From an uncultured delta proteobacterium (GTDB lineage Bacteria > Desulfobacterota > Desulfobacteria > Desulfobacterales > SG8-13): 64,000 nt of DNA. This document shows positions 41,968-52,048 of the stretch, piece after piece. The notes beneath the pieces were generated by a model. The model saw nothing but the letters and a program-made list of their open reading frames with translations, searched no databases and was not told the DNA's origin. The position numbers and the translations under genes were made by a program. Every line of letters starts with the position of its first letter. Within the stretch, counting starts at the first letter, position 1. The stretch lies in the NCBI GenBank assembly GCA_963848135.1, contig CAWKCK010000017.1, forward strand, positions 62,001 through 126,000, given 5' to 3'.

Positions 41968-43271
41968 TCAGTTTTCTTCAACACTTTCTTTCATATGATG
42001 ACTGTACTTTTCAATCTCCGATCGGATTCGCCGGTATCCGTGGATAAAAAATCCACCAGCAACAAGATAATAAAAAAGGTATTTCCAGTAGGCCACTGTG
42101 GTCAGACCGGGAAAAGCATCCGGTACCGGCCAGCAGAGCATTATGACGAGCAGCGCCAGAACGAAACTAGGACCGGTATCATCAACGCGGCCAGTCGCAG
42201 CTTCTGTTTCGGTCTGGGGTCTAAGGGATCGACCCAAAGCGGCATTGCCAGGGCAATTTGATCGTCGGTGATGACTGATTTTGTTGGGGGTCCTTGGCCT
42301 GAAACAACCTGTGAAAGGTTTTTCGCAACCGTATGGATTCACCGAGGTTTATTACCGCAACGAGGAAAAGGGCGGCAAAGACAATGGGGGCAATCAGGAT
42401 GGCATCGCTCACATCAAGTCCGAATTTACCAAATCGCGTCTTGATGTTTTTAAAGGTACTGTTAAGTTCCATTTCGCGTTTTTTGATCTGCTCCTGTCTT
42501 TGGTTCAGTTTTTCTACGGTTTCTCGCTTCTCAGTCGCGGCCTGTGCCATTTTTTTCCCGATCTCTTCGAACCTGTTATCGTTCCAAAATCTGTGCACTC
42601 CGTCGACCATTCTTTTATACAGGGGAGAGGTTTCATCGAAATTTTTCCAGAACTCCGGATCGGCAGCCACCCTTCTCTAAACATCAAAACCAGCCTCTCC
42701 GTCCCGTCATTTTAAGATCTGTCTTCCACTGATCGAAAGCAGCGATATTGAGGGCTTCAAGAGGGGCGGCAATTTCTTTTTCCAACACCTCTCTGTACTG
42801 ATCGTACTTCAGATTCATATATTGTTTGAGACGGCACGCCATCCAGGCGTCTTTATTATCGGGCAAACCGCAAGTGGACGGATCTGCCTCGAGGCCGTCT
42901 GGCAGCTTTGCCACCGGGCCCCCGCCAGCTTCTTTCTCGAGAGCATCGATGTAACCCTCCAACGGTTTGGGCGTGTTCTCGACTGCCGTAAACAGCTCCT
43001 CGAGACCATTTTTCACTTGGGTGTATGTCGCTATACGCTGCTCCTGTTGGCTCACTTCCTGTGTAAGCCTTACCACCTCAGCATTGGTTCTGGTCTTGTC
43101 GATCTGAAGATAAAGAAAAGGGAAAAGAATCGATAATAGAAAAATGATCGACAGGGATATGTGGCCAATATGAGTCGCATTGAAAACCTTGATGTTGGCC
43201 TTATACCGGTCTTGAATCCGCTTGAGATGATCGTCAATTGTTTTCTGTAGATCTTTGTCGATGTCTGCCAT
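41968..43271 (-). pseudogene. Membrane/coiled-coil hypothetical gene broken by several frameshifts (~42710, ~42672, ~42280, ~42165)
   Basis: Three track ORFs plus intervening frames read as one protein (TM, coiled coil, several TMs); GAGG RBS before 43271. Confidence 0.55.
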
Positions 43272-43490
43272 AGACCACCTCTATTTAGTGTTGACCTGTA
43301 ATGGGGCTTTTTTTACGCTGGCCGGGATGCTATGAACGCCCAGAACATATCCGAATCCTGCTTCCTGGAAATCTTCAATAAGGTTACACACTGCGATGGT
43401 CGCTTATGTCAGCACGCATTCCACGTCCGGAACCGAAACCAGCGGCAGCCAGCTGACACTGATAGAATGATTGCTCATTCCGCTAACATT

Positions 43491-44222
43491 TCATTTACCG
43501 ATCATAAAAAATTTAACGAGAACCAAACCGGCAACGAAACCGCCGATGTGGGCGCCATAGGCCACCCCGCCGCCCGAACCGCCACTGAGCATACCCAGTG
43601 AGCTGATCAACTGAAAAGCGAACCAAACCCCAATGGCCACGAGGGCCGGTACCTCGCTGACAAAGCGTATGATCAGAACGCGTACCCGTCGTTTCGGAAA
43701 CAAAAGAAAATAACCTCCCAGGACACCGGAAATCGCTCCGGAAGCCCCCAAGCTGGGAACGAGCAGGTCGGCGTGCAGGGCTGCGCTCGTAAAAACATGC
43801 GCCAGCGAAGCCAGCACCCCACATGTAAGGTAGAAAATTAGGTATCGCAGGTGGCCCATCAGGTTCTCGATGTTGTCACCGAAGATGTGGAGGTAGAGCA
43901 TGTTACCCAATAGATGCATAAAACCGCCGTGCATGAACATGGATGTCAGCAGCGTCAGGTAAACCGACAACGGTGTTACCCCCAGTCCGGGGACCCGGTA
44001 GCGCTGGCCGGAACCCGGCTCGCTGACGATACTATCCGGTGTGACTATGTCGGTACCGGTGAGAATTTCCTGCGGCACTGTTGCGTACGAATAAGTGAAT
44101 GGCAGGTTACTTCCCATTCCTTGCAGGAAGAAAAACACCAATATGTTCAGCCCGATCAACGCGAAATTGACAACCGGGTGGATTTTGCGATCGGAATTGT
44201 CGTCACCCAACGGTATGAACAT
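43491..44222 (-). CDS. Rhomboid-family intramembrane serine protease
   Basis: SMFMHGGFMHLLGNM, GASGAISG (catalytic Ser) and AYGAHIGGF (catalytic His). Confidence 0.93.
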   Translation of the reverse strand: MFIPLGDDNSDRKIHPVVNFALIGLNILVFFFLQGMGSNLPFTYSYATVPQEILTGTDIVTPDSIVSEPGSGQRYRVPGLGVTPLSVYLTLLTSMFMHGGFMHLLGNMLYLHIFGDNIENLMGHLRYLIFYLTCGVLASLAHVFTSAALHADLLVPSLGASGAISGVLGGYFLLFPKRRVRVLIIRFVSEVPALVAIGVWFAFQLISSLGMLSGGSGGGVAYGAHIGGFVAGLVLVKFFMIGK

Positions 44223-44305
44223 GATTCAACTCTTTGCTACTAAATTTGCCTAAAGTGAGCATTTCAAATTTTAATCAGTAACCATCGGTTTCTGCATCTC
44301 GGCAA

Positions 44306-45712
44306 TCAAAAACCACCGCCCGTGCGAAAACCGCCGCCCCCCATACCGCCGCCGAAACCGCCACCGCCACGGGACCCGCCACCGAACCCGCCAGGAAAAA
44401 TACCGCCACCAAAATCTCGCGGCGTTCGCGGTCGCCGGAACTGTTGCTCCCGGTCGATGCGGCCCCACACGTCGCGGCCCGAGGTCCTACCGGATAGAAG
44501 CATGCCGAGCAAGGCCGCCAATTCGAAACCGCCTGGAAAATAGGAGTGACGGGAGTCGTAGCCGCTGCGCCTGAATTGCCGCTGGAGATCTTCAAACTCC
44601 CGGTAGGTTTGCTGCTGCTGGCGTTCCTGTGATTGCAAGTCTTTGATGTCCTGTGTGATACTTTTCTCTTCCTGTTGCAGGTCGCGGATGCGGCCGACGA
44701 TCACATCATCATCAGGATTGGGCGTTATTTTCGCTTTTGTGTAAAGATTGGCCAGTGAATCATGTTTGATTTCGGAGAGCTGCAATTCGACAGCCTGCCG
44801 GGATATGTCGTCGGCGCCGGAAGAGAACGTTGAGCGCTGCTGCAAGAGGGCGTCATGTTTCTCTTCTTCGGCCTCTAAACGATTTTCGATTTTCTCAAGA
44901 TCTTTCTGCACGGTCTCGAGCACGCTTTTGTTCTCTATGATCTCTGGGACTTGCAGGGCTTTGGCTTCCATGTCGTGCAGTTTTTGCACTTCTTGAGCGG
45001 CTATTTCCTTCTGCCGATCGGCATGTTCGCGTAACCGCACCGGCAACTCCGTCAGCATATAGTAATTACTACGGGCATCCGCATACTTAATTATCTTTGC
45101 CACCCAACCGTCCAAGCTGCGGGTCAAGCCGCTTCCAATGTAGTCCGGTGTCAGGTAGCGACGCTTCCAAAGGTACATGAACAAAGGGTCTTCGCGATAC
45201 GGTTTGCCTTTTCCATCTCGGTCGGCTTCCGACTGAGCGGCTTTTGTATCGGCCCGCTCGGCCTTCGCCGTTGCCTCAGCAAGGCGTTTTTCCTGTTCTT
45301 TATAAAATTCCTGACCACTTAGCTGCGATTTGATGTCGGTGGCATACTCGTCGATCTGCTTGACCAGATCGTCACGTTTTCGAATCGCATGCTCCCGCTC
45401 CTCATTCAGCGGTACCTGCTGTGCATTGGACTGCTCGATAGCTGTATCCAATTCTTGCAGCGCCTGTGATCGACGTTCCAAGAGTTTGAGAATGGCCCGG
45501 TCGGTTTCATCCAACTGAGTGACCACGCGATTGGCGGCCAATTCGTCTAGGCGAAACCGGGCCAGTTCTCGATATTCTTCGGTCACCTGGTTGCGCAGCT
45601 GAACCAGCCGCTGGTTTGCAGATTCCTTGCGCTTGTGAATGGCCTCGAGGCCACTGCGGGCCGTGTTGACGTGCTGGTTGATAATCGCCAGTTGTTCCGA
45701 TCCGTTAATCAT
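44306..45712 (-). CDS. Long coiled-coil protein with a Gly-rich C-terminal tail
   Basis: Heptad-rich; central YREDPLFMYLW...RSLDGWVA motif; ends GGGFRTGGGF. AGGAG RBS before ATG 45712. Confidence 0.75.
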   Translation of the reverse strand: MINGSEQLAIINQHVNTARSGLEAIHKRKESANQRLVQLRNQVTEEYRELARFRLDELAANRVVTQLDETDRAILKLLERRSQALQELDTAIEQSNAQQVPLNEEREHAIRKRDDLVKQIDEYATDIKSQLSGQEFYKEQEKRLAEATAKAERADTKAAQSEADRDGKGKPYREDPLFMYLWKRRYLTPDYIGSGLTRSLDGWVAKIIKYADARSNYYMLTELPVRLREHADRQKEIAAQEVQKLHDMEAKALQVPEIIENKSVLETVQKDLEKIENRLEAEEEKHDALLQQRSTFSSGADDISRQAVELQLSEIKHDSLANLYTKAKITPNPDDDVIVGRIRDLQQEEKSITQDIKDLQSQERQQQQTYREFEDLQRQFRRSGYDSRHSYFPGGFELAALLGMLLSGRTSGRDVWGRIDREQQFRRPRTPRDFGGGIFPGGFGGGSRGGGGFGGGMGGGGFRTGGGF

Positions 45713-45725
45713 GGCCTCGCCTCTC

Positions 45726-47000
45726 CTACCATTCGGTGATCGCGCCACCCGTTGTTGTGACCGTGTAATCCGGTGTGAGATACCCGCGCTTCTTCCTTCC
45801 AACGGTCTTGTTATTCACGATCCCGTCGTCCAGCTTGTCCTGTTTCACCCTTTCGTACACCTGGGAGTCGACCCGCAGCCCCCATTCGCTGACCGCCCGC
45901 ACCTTCCCGTCCTCTTCCGAGGTGATCGGCAGCTTGAGCCGTTGACCGCTCGGGGTAACAGCCTCGACAATCAGATAGTAGTTGCGCGCGGTACGACTGT
46001 CGACCGGATAGCGCCATACACCGCTTTGCGTTCCCGGGCGCGAGACGATTTGCAGTGTATACTCCTGCCCCAGCATGTCTCGGGTGTGCTGTAAGGCCTG
46101 CCGCGCGGTGCCGGCCGTTTCTATATCCCCTGCTTTTATGGCGGCTAAGGCATTGTTGTAAAGCGCCTCGATCTTAGCCACTGCCCCCGGATCAAGGGCG
46201 GCCTGCAACGCCTCCGCGCGCAGTGAGTCGAGGTCCTTGGACGCGGTCTCCAGCGACCGAATGGATTGGATGGCGACCTGGGCATTCCGAAGGTCTCCCT
46301 GGGCACGGTCGATAATTCCCTTCTGCTCGACGAGACGCTGCTGGATGCTCGCTGCCCTGGCCTCGAGGATATCCGGATCGCTTGGTGTGACTGCCCCGAG
46401 TTTTTCAGCGGCACCCAACTCGCGGACAGCCGAGGATAGTGATTGTCGGGCCTGGTCGGCCAGTCGTCGGGCGGTTGCCTGAAACGACCCAGGTACCGAC
46501 GGCATGGTTTTATCCAAATCGCCGGTAGTGGTGCTTATCTGTTCCTGTAACGTATTGATGGTTTCCTGCTGGCCGGAGGCCATATTTTTCAGTTCCTGGG
46601 CCAACCGGCTGCGACCGCGCTCGGCCGGCATAACGTAAAGATAACGGTACCCGGCCCAAACAGCCGCCAGGACAAGCAATACCAATGCCGCCCGCTTGGC
46701 CCAGCGGCCACGATTCACATAGAGCCGCGCCAGCATCATCTGCAGTCCGCCTGGTGGCGGCTGGTAGGTGAACCGCTCCTCGCGCATGGCTTTGACGCCC
46801 TGGGAGATCACATCGTCCGTGACTTCCAGCCCCTGGTCGGCGTAGATCTTTCGCAACTTTTCGATCAACTCGGCTTCGCGGTCTTCAGCCTGAAGCTCTC
46901 TTTCGACGAGCGACTGCTGATGCCGGAGGGTGTCGACCACATCCATGGCCAGCATTACTTCGGAAAGTTCGATTTTTTTCGCTGCCTGTTCTTCAGCCAT
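45726..47000 (-). CDS. Single-TM coiled-coil protein, DUF6384-like
   Basis: VMLAMDVVDTLRH, LRKIYADQG, a TM helix, a coiled coil, NYYLIVEAV and DKLDDGIV. Family assignment from recall. Confidence 0.7.
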   Translation of the reverse strand: MAEEQAAKKIELSEVMLAMDVVDTLRHQQSLVERELQAEDREAELIEKLRKIYADQGLEVTDDVISQGVKAMREERFTYQPPPGGLQMMLARLYVNRGRWAKRAALVLLVLAAVWAGYRYLYVMPAERGRSRLAQELKNMASGQQETINTLQEQISTTTGDLDKTMPSVPGSFQATARRLADQARQSLSSAVRELGAAEKLGAVTPSDPDILEARAASIQQRLVEQKGIIDRAQGDLRNAQVAIQSIRSLETASKDLDSLRAEALQAALDPGAVAKIEALYNNALAAIKAGDIETAGTARQALQHTRDMLGQEYTLQIVSRPGTQSGVWRYPVDSRTARNYYLIVEAVTPSGQRLKLPITSEEDGKVRAVSEWGLRVDSQVYERVKQDKLDDGIVNNKTVGRKKRGYLTPDYTVTTTGGAITEW

Positions 47001-48172
47001 GTGTTATCGCTGCTCCTGAATGAGCCAATTCGGCCATGCGTTTCTTGCTGGTTTCGACTGCAGCACTAATCTCCTGCTCGTTACGCGTGGCCAGTTCCCT
47101 CATCTCGGCGATAAGGGTCCGGGATTTCTCCTGAAAACTGACCACCGAATCAACCAGTTTTTTCACCGATTCGGCTTTAATGGTCGGGCCATATCCCGCT
47201 CTCAAGGCATCCTCCTGGACCTTGTTGCCCACCTCGGCAATGGTTTCCAGGCTCTGGTTGACGCCTTCCTTCATGGCATCCAGCGTGCGCGTGCTCTCGT
47301 GCAGACCCTGCAGGCTGGTGAAAGAAGCGTTCAGGGCCGTGAAAACGGTTTCATTGGTACCGAAAAACGACACCGCCTGGGAATAAACCCGCTCTTTGAC
47401 ATCGGTGGTCTGCGCAAGGCGCGCCATCACCACCTCGGTGGTGTTGTAGCTAATCGACAGGTTCTCGGCCAGGTCCTTGACGATCTGGTAGCGCTTATCT
47501 TCATCTTGAAGCTCCCGCAGACGCTGATCCCGATCCAATTCCAGTCGAGCTATTTTTCCCCGGTCTTCACCCGTATCGCTTTCGACGGCTTTGGATGCAG
47601 AATCCAGACGCCCTTTGGCTGTTCTCGACTTCGGCTTCAGCCTTCTTCAGAAGCTGGAAGGCCATTACCTGGGCCTCTTTGAGGGCCACGCGAAAGTCCT
47701 TGTATGATTCAAGGATTTTCGTCTCGCGCGCAATCTGGTCATTGGTGTCGTTGGTCACATCGAGGTAGGTGTCCTTGATCTTCCGGAAACGATCGGGGAT
47801 GTCGCCACGCGTGACCTTCATCCAGAGGTTTTGCAGTCTTTCCATGGTCGATATCTTGCCGTCATCGAGTTGATCCACCATCGACTTGGCATCGTCACGG
47901 ATGCTGTTGAAAGCAGCGGTGATTTTCTCGTATCTTTCCCCGACATTCATCTGTGTGATTTGTTCCCGAACGACTTCGTTGAATATGGTGGTGTGACTCA
48001 GGGTGCGGGCGATAGCCACGGATTTTTCTTCATCGAGATCGCTGACCTGTTCGATCAAGACCAGAATCGGGGCCTCGTCCGGCTTTGCAGGCATCAACCC
48101 CAGGTCGCGCAGGCCATTGACGGCCTTGTCTAAATATTTCAAAGGGGTACTGATGATATTTGCGGCGTTCAT
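46993..48172 (-). CDS. All-helical coiled-coil protein, distantly TelA/KlaA-like; net +1 frameshift at ~47622
   Basis: AAGGAG RBS. Removing one base joins the two ORFs (EVETAKGRLDSAS...ELDRDQ) into ~392 aa; 8-bp overlap with the next gene. Confidence 0.65.
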
Positions 48173-48187
48173 GGTCCACTCCTTTAT

Positions 48188-48420
48188 TCAATGACCTCCA
48201 CCAAGCCGGATGAAGGGATTTGGAACCGCCTTAGACTGGTCTTTCAACACCACTATCTGGCCGGCCGGCCGATCATTGAATGTTGTTTTATTGTTTGAAA
48301 GCCAATCAGTCCAACGGGAAGTGGACCTTCTGGCCGGGACAGATAAAATCAGGGGATAGCCATTGGCCTTCTCATAGTCGTTTTGGGCAATGGCCAAGAG
48401 GGTATCCCCTTTCTGAATAG
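48188..48420 (-). pseudogene. LysM-domain gene remnant
   Basis: IQKGDTLLAIAQNDYEKANGYPLI resembles LysM; no convincing start, and the sequence degenerates afterwards. Confidence 0.4.
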
Positions 48421-48447
48421 CGCAAAGTGGTGAAAAAAATTCTGATT

Positions 48448-48960
48448 CTATGTGTCCGTTTTGGCCGGGGTTGAGGCTTCCCCGGTTAGAATTTTCTGCA
48501 ATTCTTCCTCATCATCCTTCGACAACGATGTCTTCAGAACCTTACCTCCGAATCCTTTCAGTTTTTCTTCCACCTTGTCCCGGGTCGCCTCTTTGACCAG
48601 CACGCATAGGGCCGAGGTCCCGGGTTGAAAAGTTTCGCCGAGCTCTTTCATGAACTTATCGTCAATACCAATATCGGCCAGTTTGCCGGATAGTGCCCCG
48701 GCACCGGCACCGACCGCGGCCCCCAGCAACGGGTTGAGGAAAATCATTCCGATCAAAGCCCCCCAAAAAGTACCGCCGACAGCACCGGTCGCAGTCAGGT
48801 TGACCGCCTGGTGCAACTTGACTTTGCCATCATTGTCTTTGGTAACAACCACGGCATCTTCCATTTTGATGATGTACTCTTTCTGAAGCTTGACCAGTTC
48901 AGCCCGCATTTCAAAGGCCTTGTGTTCCTCGTCAAATGCAATGACGACTAAATTGCTCAT
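48448..48960 (-). CDS. DUF1269-family membrane protein
   Basis: MSNLVVIAF, DAVVV, GGTFWGALIG..LGAAVGAGAGALSG, DIGIDDKF and GGKVLKTSLS. Confidence 0.85.
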   Translation of the reverse strand: MSNLVVIAFDEEHKAFEMRAELVKLQKEYIIKMEDAVVVTKDNDGKVKLHQAVNLTATGAVGGTFWGALIGMIFLNPLLGAAVGAGAGALSGKLADIGIDDKFMKELGETFQPGTSALCVLVKEATRDKVEEKLKGFGGKVLKTSLSKDDEEELQKILTGEASTPAKTDT

Positions 48961-49170
48961 GTTCTCCTCCTTGTGTTATTTTTGACCTTTTATATTTGGC
49001 CATTGTTAACGTTTGGGCACGAAACCTCAATCATATAATATCGGCTATATGAAAAAGGGTTCGGCCGGTATGCCCGCAGCAGACGACCACGGAAAAGGCA
49101 ACATCGATCTCGCCGACCAGCAGCCTTTCGACCGCAACATTATCTTTCAGTTGCCGCTTATGCAACCCGG

Positions 49171-49329
49171 TTATTTGTCACTACCCCCCAGCCAGCGATA
49201 TCCGAGGCCTCCCAGAACCGCTCCGATTATGGGAGCGATCCAAAAGAGCCACAACTGTTGAACGGCCCAGCCGCCCAACACCAACCAAAAAGTGCCGATA
49301 AATTCAGCCCCTAATTGTTTTATTTTCAC
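49171..49329 (-). pseudogene. aqpZ: Aquaporin Z remnant with a large in-frame internal deletion
   Basis: Hand translation KQLGAEFIGTFWLVLGG-WAVQQLWLFWIAPIIGAVLGGLGYRWL: AqpZ helix 1 joined directly to helix 6; both NPA motifs are absent. Confidence 0.8.
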
Positions 49330-49375
49330 CTCTTAATTCTCCATTCATTTATTAAATTCACCGGTAGAGTATTTT

Positions 49376-49726
49376 TCAACGACCCATGCGCTGATTGTAG
49401 GACTGCGTGACCCGATTGATCAGTTCCGGATCATTCGCCGTGGCGCCAGCGGTATTGAACTCGACGCGCACGCTGCCATCGGCCTGGGTTCGAACATTAG
49501 CGGTGACATCGATTCCGCTTCGGGTCCCGCGCACGATTCCGGCGGACCGGTTCTCGAACGTGATGGGCACCCCCTGGTCTTCCAAAGCACCGACCGCAGC
49601 GGCATACGATCGATCGAACCCGGAGGTGGGCGTTGTCGTGGTGACACCGGGAGCGGTCTGGTAATACGTGCACCCTGCAAACAAGGTGCCTGCCAACACC
49701 AGAAAGAGTATTTTTTGTTTCATCAT
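49376..49726 (-). CDS. Small hypothetical lipoprotein
   Basis: Lipobox LFAGC; translationally coupled to the DUF2950 gene. Confidence 0.7.
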   Translation of the reverse strand: MMKQKILFLVLAGTLFAGCTYYQTAPGVTTTTPTSGFDRSYAAAVGALEDQGVPITFENRSAGIVRGTRSGIDVTANVRTQADGSVRVEFNTAGATANDPELINRVTQSYNQRMGR

Positions 49727-50625
49727 TATGGCGTCACCTCTTCCCAGCTGGCGTCGGGATCAAAGAGCGTCATCGCGCGCGCCTCTGCATCGGTGTCGGG
49801 GCCGAGATCCTTCTGGTAGACTTTTCCGTCGTGGCTGACGACAAACGTCATCACGCCGGTATCGTCGTATCTCACCGGCCATGCCACCAACCCGAAACCG
49901 GCTGACATACGGCCGCCTATCATGTAGTCGTATGCGCCACCGGGTGCGTTACGGCCCTGTCCCGTCAGGATTCTGTAGTAATAGCCATTGTAATCTTTAC
50001 CGGGCTCGTCTTCCCCGAAAAGTGGCCCGAGCGGGCTTTCCTCCTCGCCGGCCGTTACCGGCCAGTAAAGGCCGTCGCGCTTTCCGGGCGTGCTCACCAG
50101 TCTTTGCGCATACTCTAATATCCCGTCGCCGTTGCGGTCGGCAAGAGCATATTCCTTCTGAGCGTCATAATAAGCCAGGACAGCCTGCATGGTCGCCAGT
50201 TCGTCTCTCCCGATACGTCGGGTCCGCATTTCCTCCGCCCCCGCGATGGTATCGAAACGCCAGCGATCTCCCTCTTTCACGATCGGGATCGGCAGGGTCC
50301 AGTCCCCCGGCCCGACCGCCAACTGCACCCGGCCGTAGGCCAGCGGCTTGAAACGGTGGGTCTGATCCCAGGCGGAAATGAAGTTGTCCACGTTCTCTTG
50401 GTCGATGTTGTCGGTCGGAATGAAATTCCTCCAGTTCTTGCCGAGAATCGATGCCATGGTCTGTTCATCGTTAGTGGCAAGGGCTTCGACAAAGGCTTCG
50501 GCCGCCAGGTCGGGACTGCCGAATGTCTGCTGCGCAGACGTACTGGCGGCACTGAACCCAACGGACAATAAAAATATCGAACCGACGAACAGAGCCATAA
50601 GCGTGTGTTTTTTATTTATCAGCAT
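49726..50625 (-). CDS. DUF2950-family exported protein
   Basis: WTLPIPIVK, WRFDT..G.EEMRTRRIGRDEL, YYDAQKEY, STPGKRDGLYW and GFGLVAWP..Y..TGVMTFVV. Confidence 0.88.
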   Translation of the reverse strand: MLINKKHTLMALFVGSIFLLSVGFSAASTSAQQTFGSPDLAAEAFVEALATNDEQTMASILGKNWRNFIPTDNIDQENVDNFISAWDQTHRFKPLAYGRVQLAVGPGDWTLPIPIVKEGDRWRFDTIAGAEEMRTRRIGRDELATMQAVLAYYDAQKEYALADRNGDGILEYAQRLVSTPGKRDGLYWPVTAGEEESPLGPLFGEDEPGKDYNGYYYRILTGQGRNAPGGAYDYMIGGRMSAGFGLVAWPVRYDDTGVMTFVVSHDGKVYQKDLGPDTDAEARAMTLFDPDASWEEVTP

Positions 50626-50639
50626 TGTCGTGTCTCCTC

Positions 50640-51986
50640 CTATCGGCCCCGCCGGCCGCCGCCGGCACGTCCGCCACCGCCTGTGCGCGTCCTTCCGGCA
50701 GAATGACGCTGTGCGGACTGTCGGCTCGCGTTACCGCGATTGATGTCTTGTCGAGTTCGACTTGGATTGCCGGCGCCGTTCAAGGCATTGTCCCGGCTCC
50801 TGTTCTGCGACGTCTGGCGCGTTTTGTTCCGGTCTATGTTCTGGGCTTTTCCACGCGCCTTGTCACGATCGATATTCTGCGCTTTTGACCGGGCCTTGTC
50901 ACGGTCCAGGTTCTGGGCTTTTGAACGGGCTTTGTCGCGATCAACGTTCTTGGTGGCCGCCTGGGCGCGTTCTCGCGTCTGCGGGTCGTTGCGCAGTTTA
51001 TCTCTCCCCTTAGCCGGATCGACGCCGCGATCCTTCATCGTCGCCTGAGCCTTTTCGCGGCTGGCATCGCGTTGTTGGTCACGGCCGCGGAAATCCTTGC
51101 GCTTGTCGCTGCCGGCAACCTGCTTACCATAGCGATCGCGGCTCTTGGCATCACGGTACGGTACGCCACGCCGGTTTTGGGCGTTGTGATTCCAATTGGT
51201 GTTTCTCTGGTTGACGTTGAGCTTTCTGTTGACGTTGATGTTGTTATAACGGTTGACGTTGATATTGACACCGCGTCGTCCCCAGTTACAGCCGCCCCAG
51301 AGCGCATTGGTGATCCCGATACCGATACCGAATGCAATACCGGTGGCCAGCGCCGCACCGAAGACATACCCGGGCGGTGGCGGAAAGTAATAGGGCGGGT
51401 AGCGCGGATACCACCAGGGTCCGTAAACCACTGTCGGATTGTAGGTCGGCACGTATACCACCTGGGGTTGGGCCGGCTCAATAACGATAACGGACTGCTG
51501 GGTCTGCGGTTCTTCCTGGATGATCACCTTCTGCTGCTCGGTCGATTCGAGGTTACCGGCTTTTTGGGCCGCCGCCCGCAGCCTTTGAACCGCGTCCATG
51601 ACATCCTCGGGTTGGGCAAGGAAGGCGTCGCCGAGCTTCTGGACCCAAACGAGATCCTCATCCATGGTGGCCAACACCTGGGGAAAGGCGACGAGTGACT
51701 GCACGCTCGGGTCCCAGGGTTGGTTCTCGACCGCTTTGACCGCCGCATCGCCCTCCTGGCCTGGATTCGCCTTGGACCACGTGGCCGCCTCGGTGACATC
51801 CGCCGGATAGGTGGCGGCCATCAACACTTGCGCCAGCAAGGAATCAGGATACAGTGCGATCGGTGCAAGCATCTGGTCGATCTCTTCCACTGTGAAGGTC
51901 TTACCCTCCTGTGCGTCTGCTGGCAAATCCGTAAACATTGATAGGATGAGCAGCAGGCTCATCAAAATTGATAACGGTTTCATCAC
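50640..51986 (-). CDS. DUF3300-family exported protein with an Arg/Gly-rich disordered tail
   Basis: APIALYPDSLLAQVLMAATYP, WDPSVQSL, LGDAFLAQ and VYVPTYNPTVVYG. Confidence 0.9.
   Translation of the reverse strand: MMKPLSILMSLLLILSMFTDLPADAQEGKTFTVEEIDQMLAPIALYPDSLLAQVLMAATYPADVTEAATWSKANPGQEGDAAVKAVENQPWDPSVQSLVAFPQVLATMDEDLVWVQKLGDAFLAQPEDVMDAVQRLRAAAQKAGNLESTEQQKVIIQEEPQTQQSVIVIEPAQPQVVYVPTYNPTVVYGPWWYPRYPPYYFPPPPGYVFGAALATGIAFGIGIGITNALWGGCNWGRRGVNINVNRYNNINVNRKLNVNQRNTNWNHNAQNRRGVPYRDAKSRDRYGKQVAGSDKRKDFRGRDQQRDASREKAQATMKDRGVDPAKGRDKLRNDPQTRERAQAATKNVDRDKARSKAQNLDRDKARSKAQNIDRDKARGKAQNIDRNKTRQTSQNRSRDNALNGAGNPSRTRQDINRGNASRQSAQRHSAGRTRTGGGGRAGGGRRGR
50826..50951 (-). repeat. Coding tandem repeat, 33 bp / 11 aa (N[VLI]DRDKARSKAQ), ~4 copies
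   Basis: KNVDRDKARSKAQNLDRDKARSKAQNIDRDKARGKAQNIDRN in the DUF3300 tail. Confidence 0.85.
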
Positions 51987-52048
51987 TTCTCCTCTCTGGT
52001 ATGCGCTTTTGTTCGGTAAGGCTCAATTCTCAAATCGCATAATACCCT

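Noticed and set aside
11413..48172. Programmed ribosomal frameshifting or selenocysteine readthrough at the split genes
   Set aside because: No shared slippery motif was seen, the families are not known for recoding, and the continuations are in a different frame rather than past an in-frame TGA.
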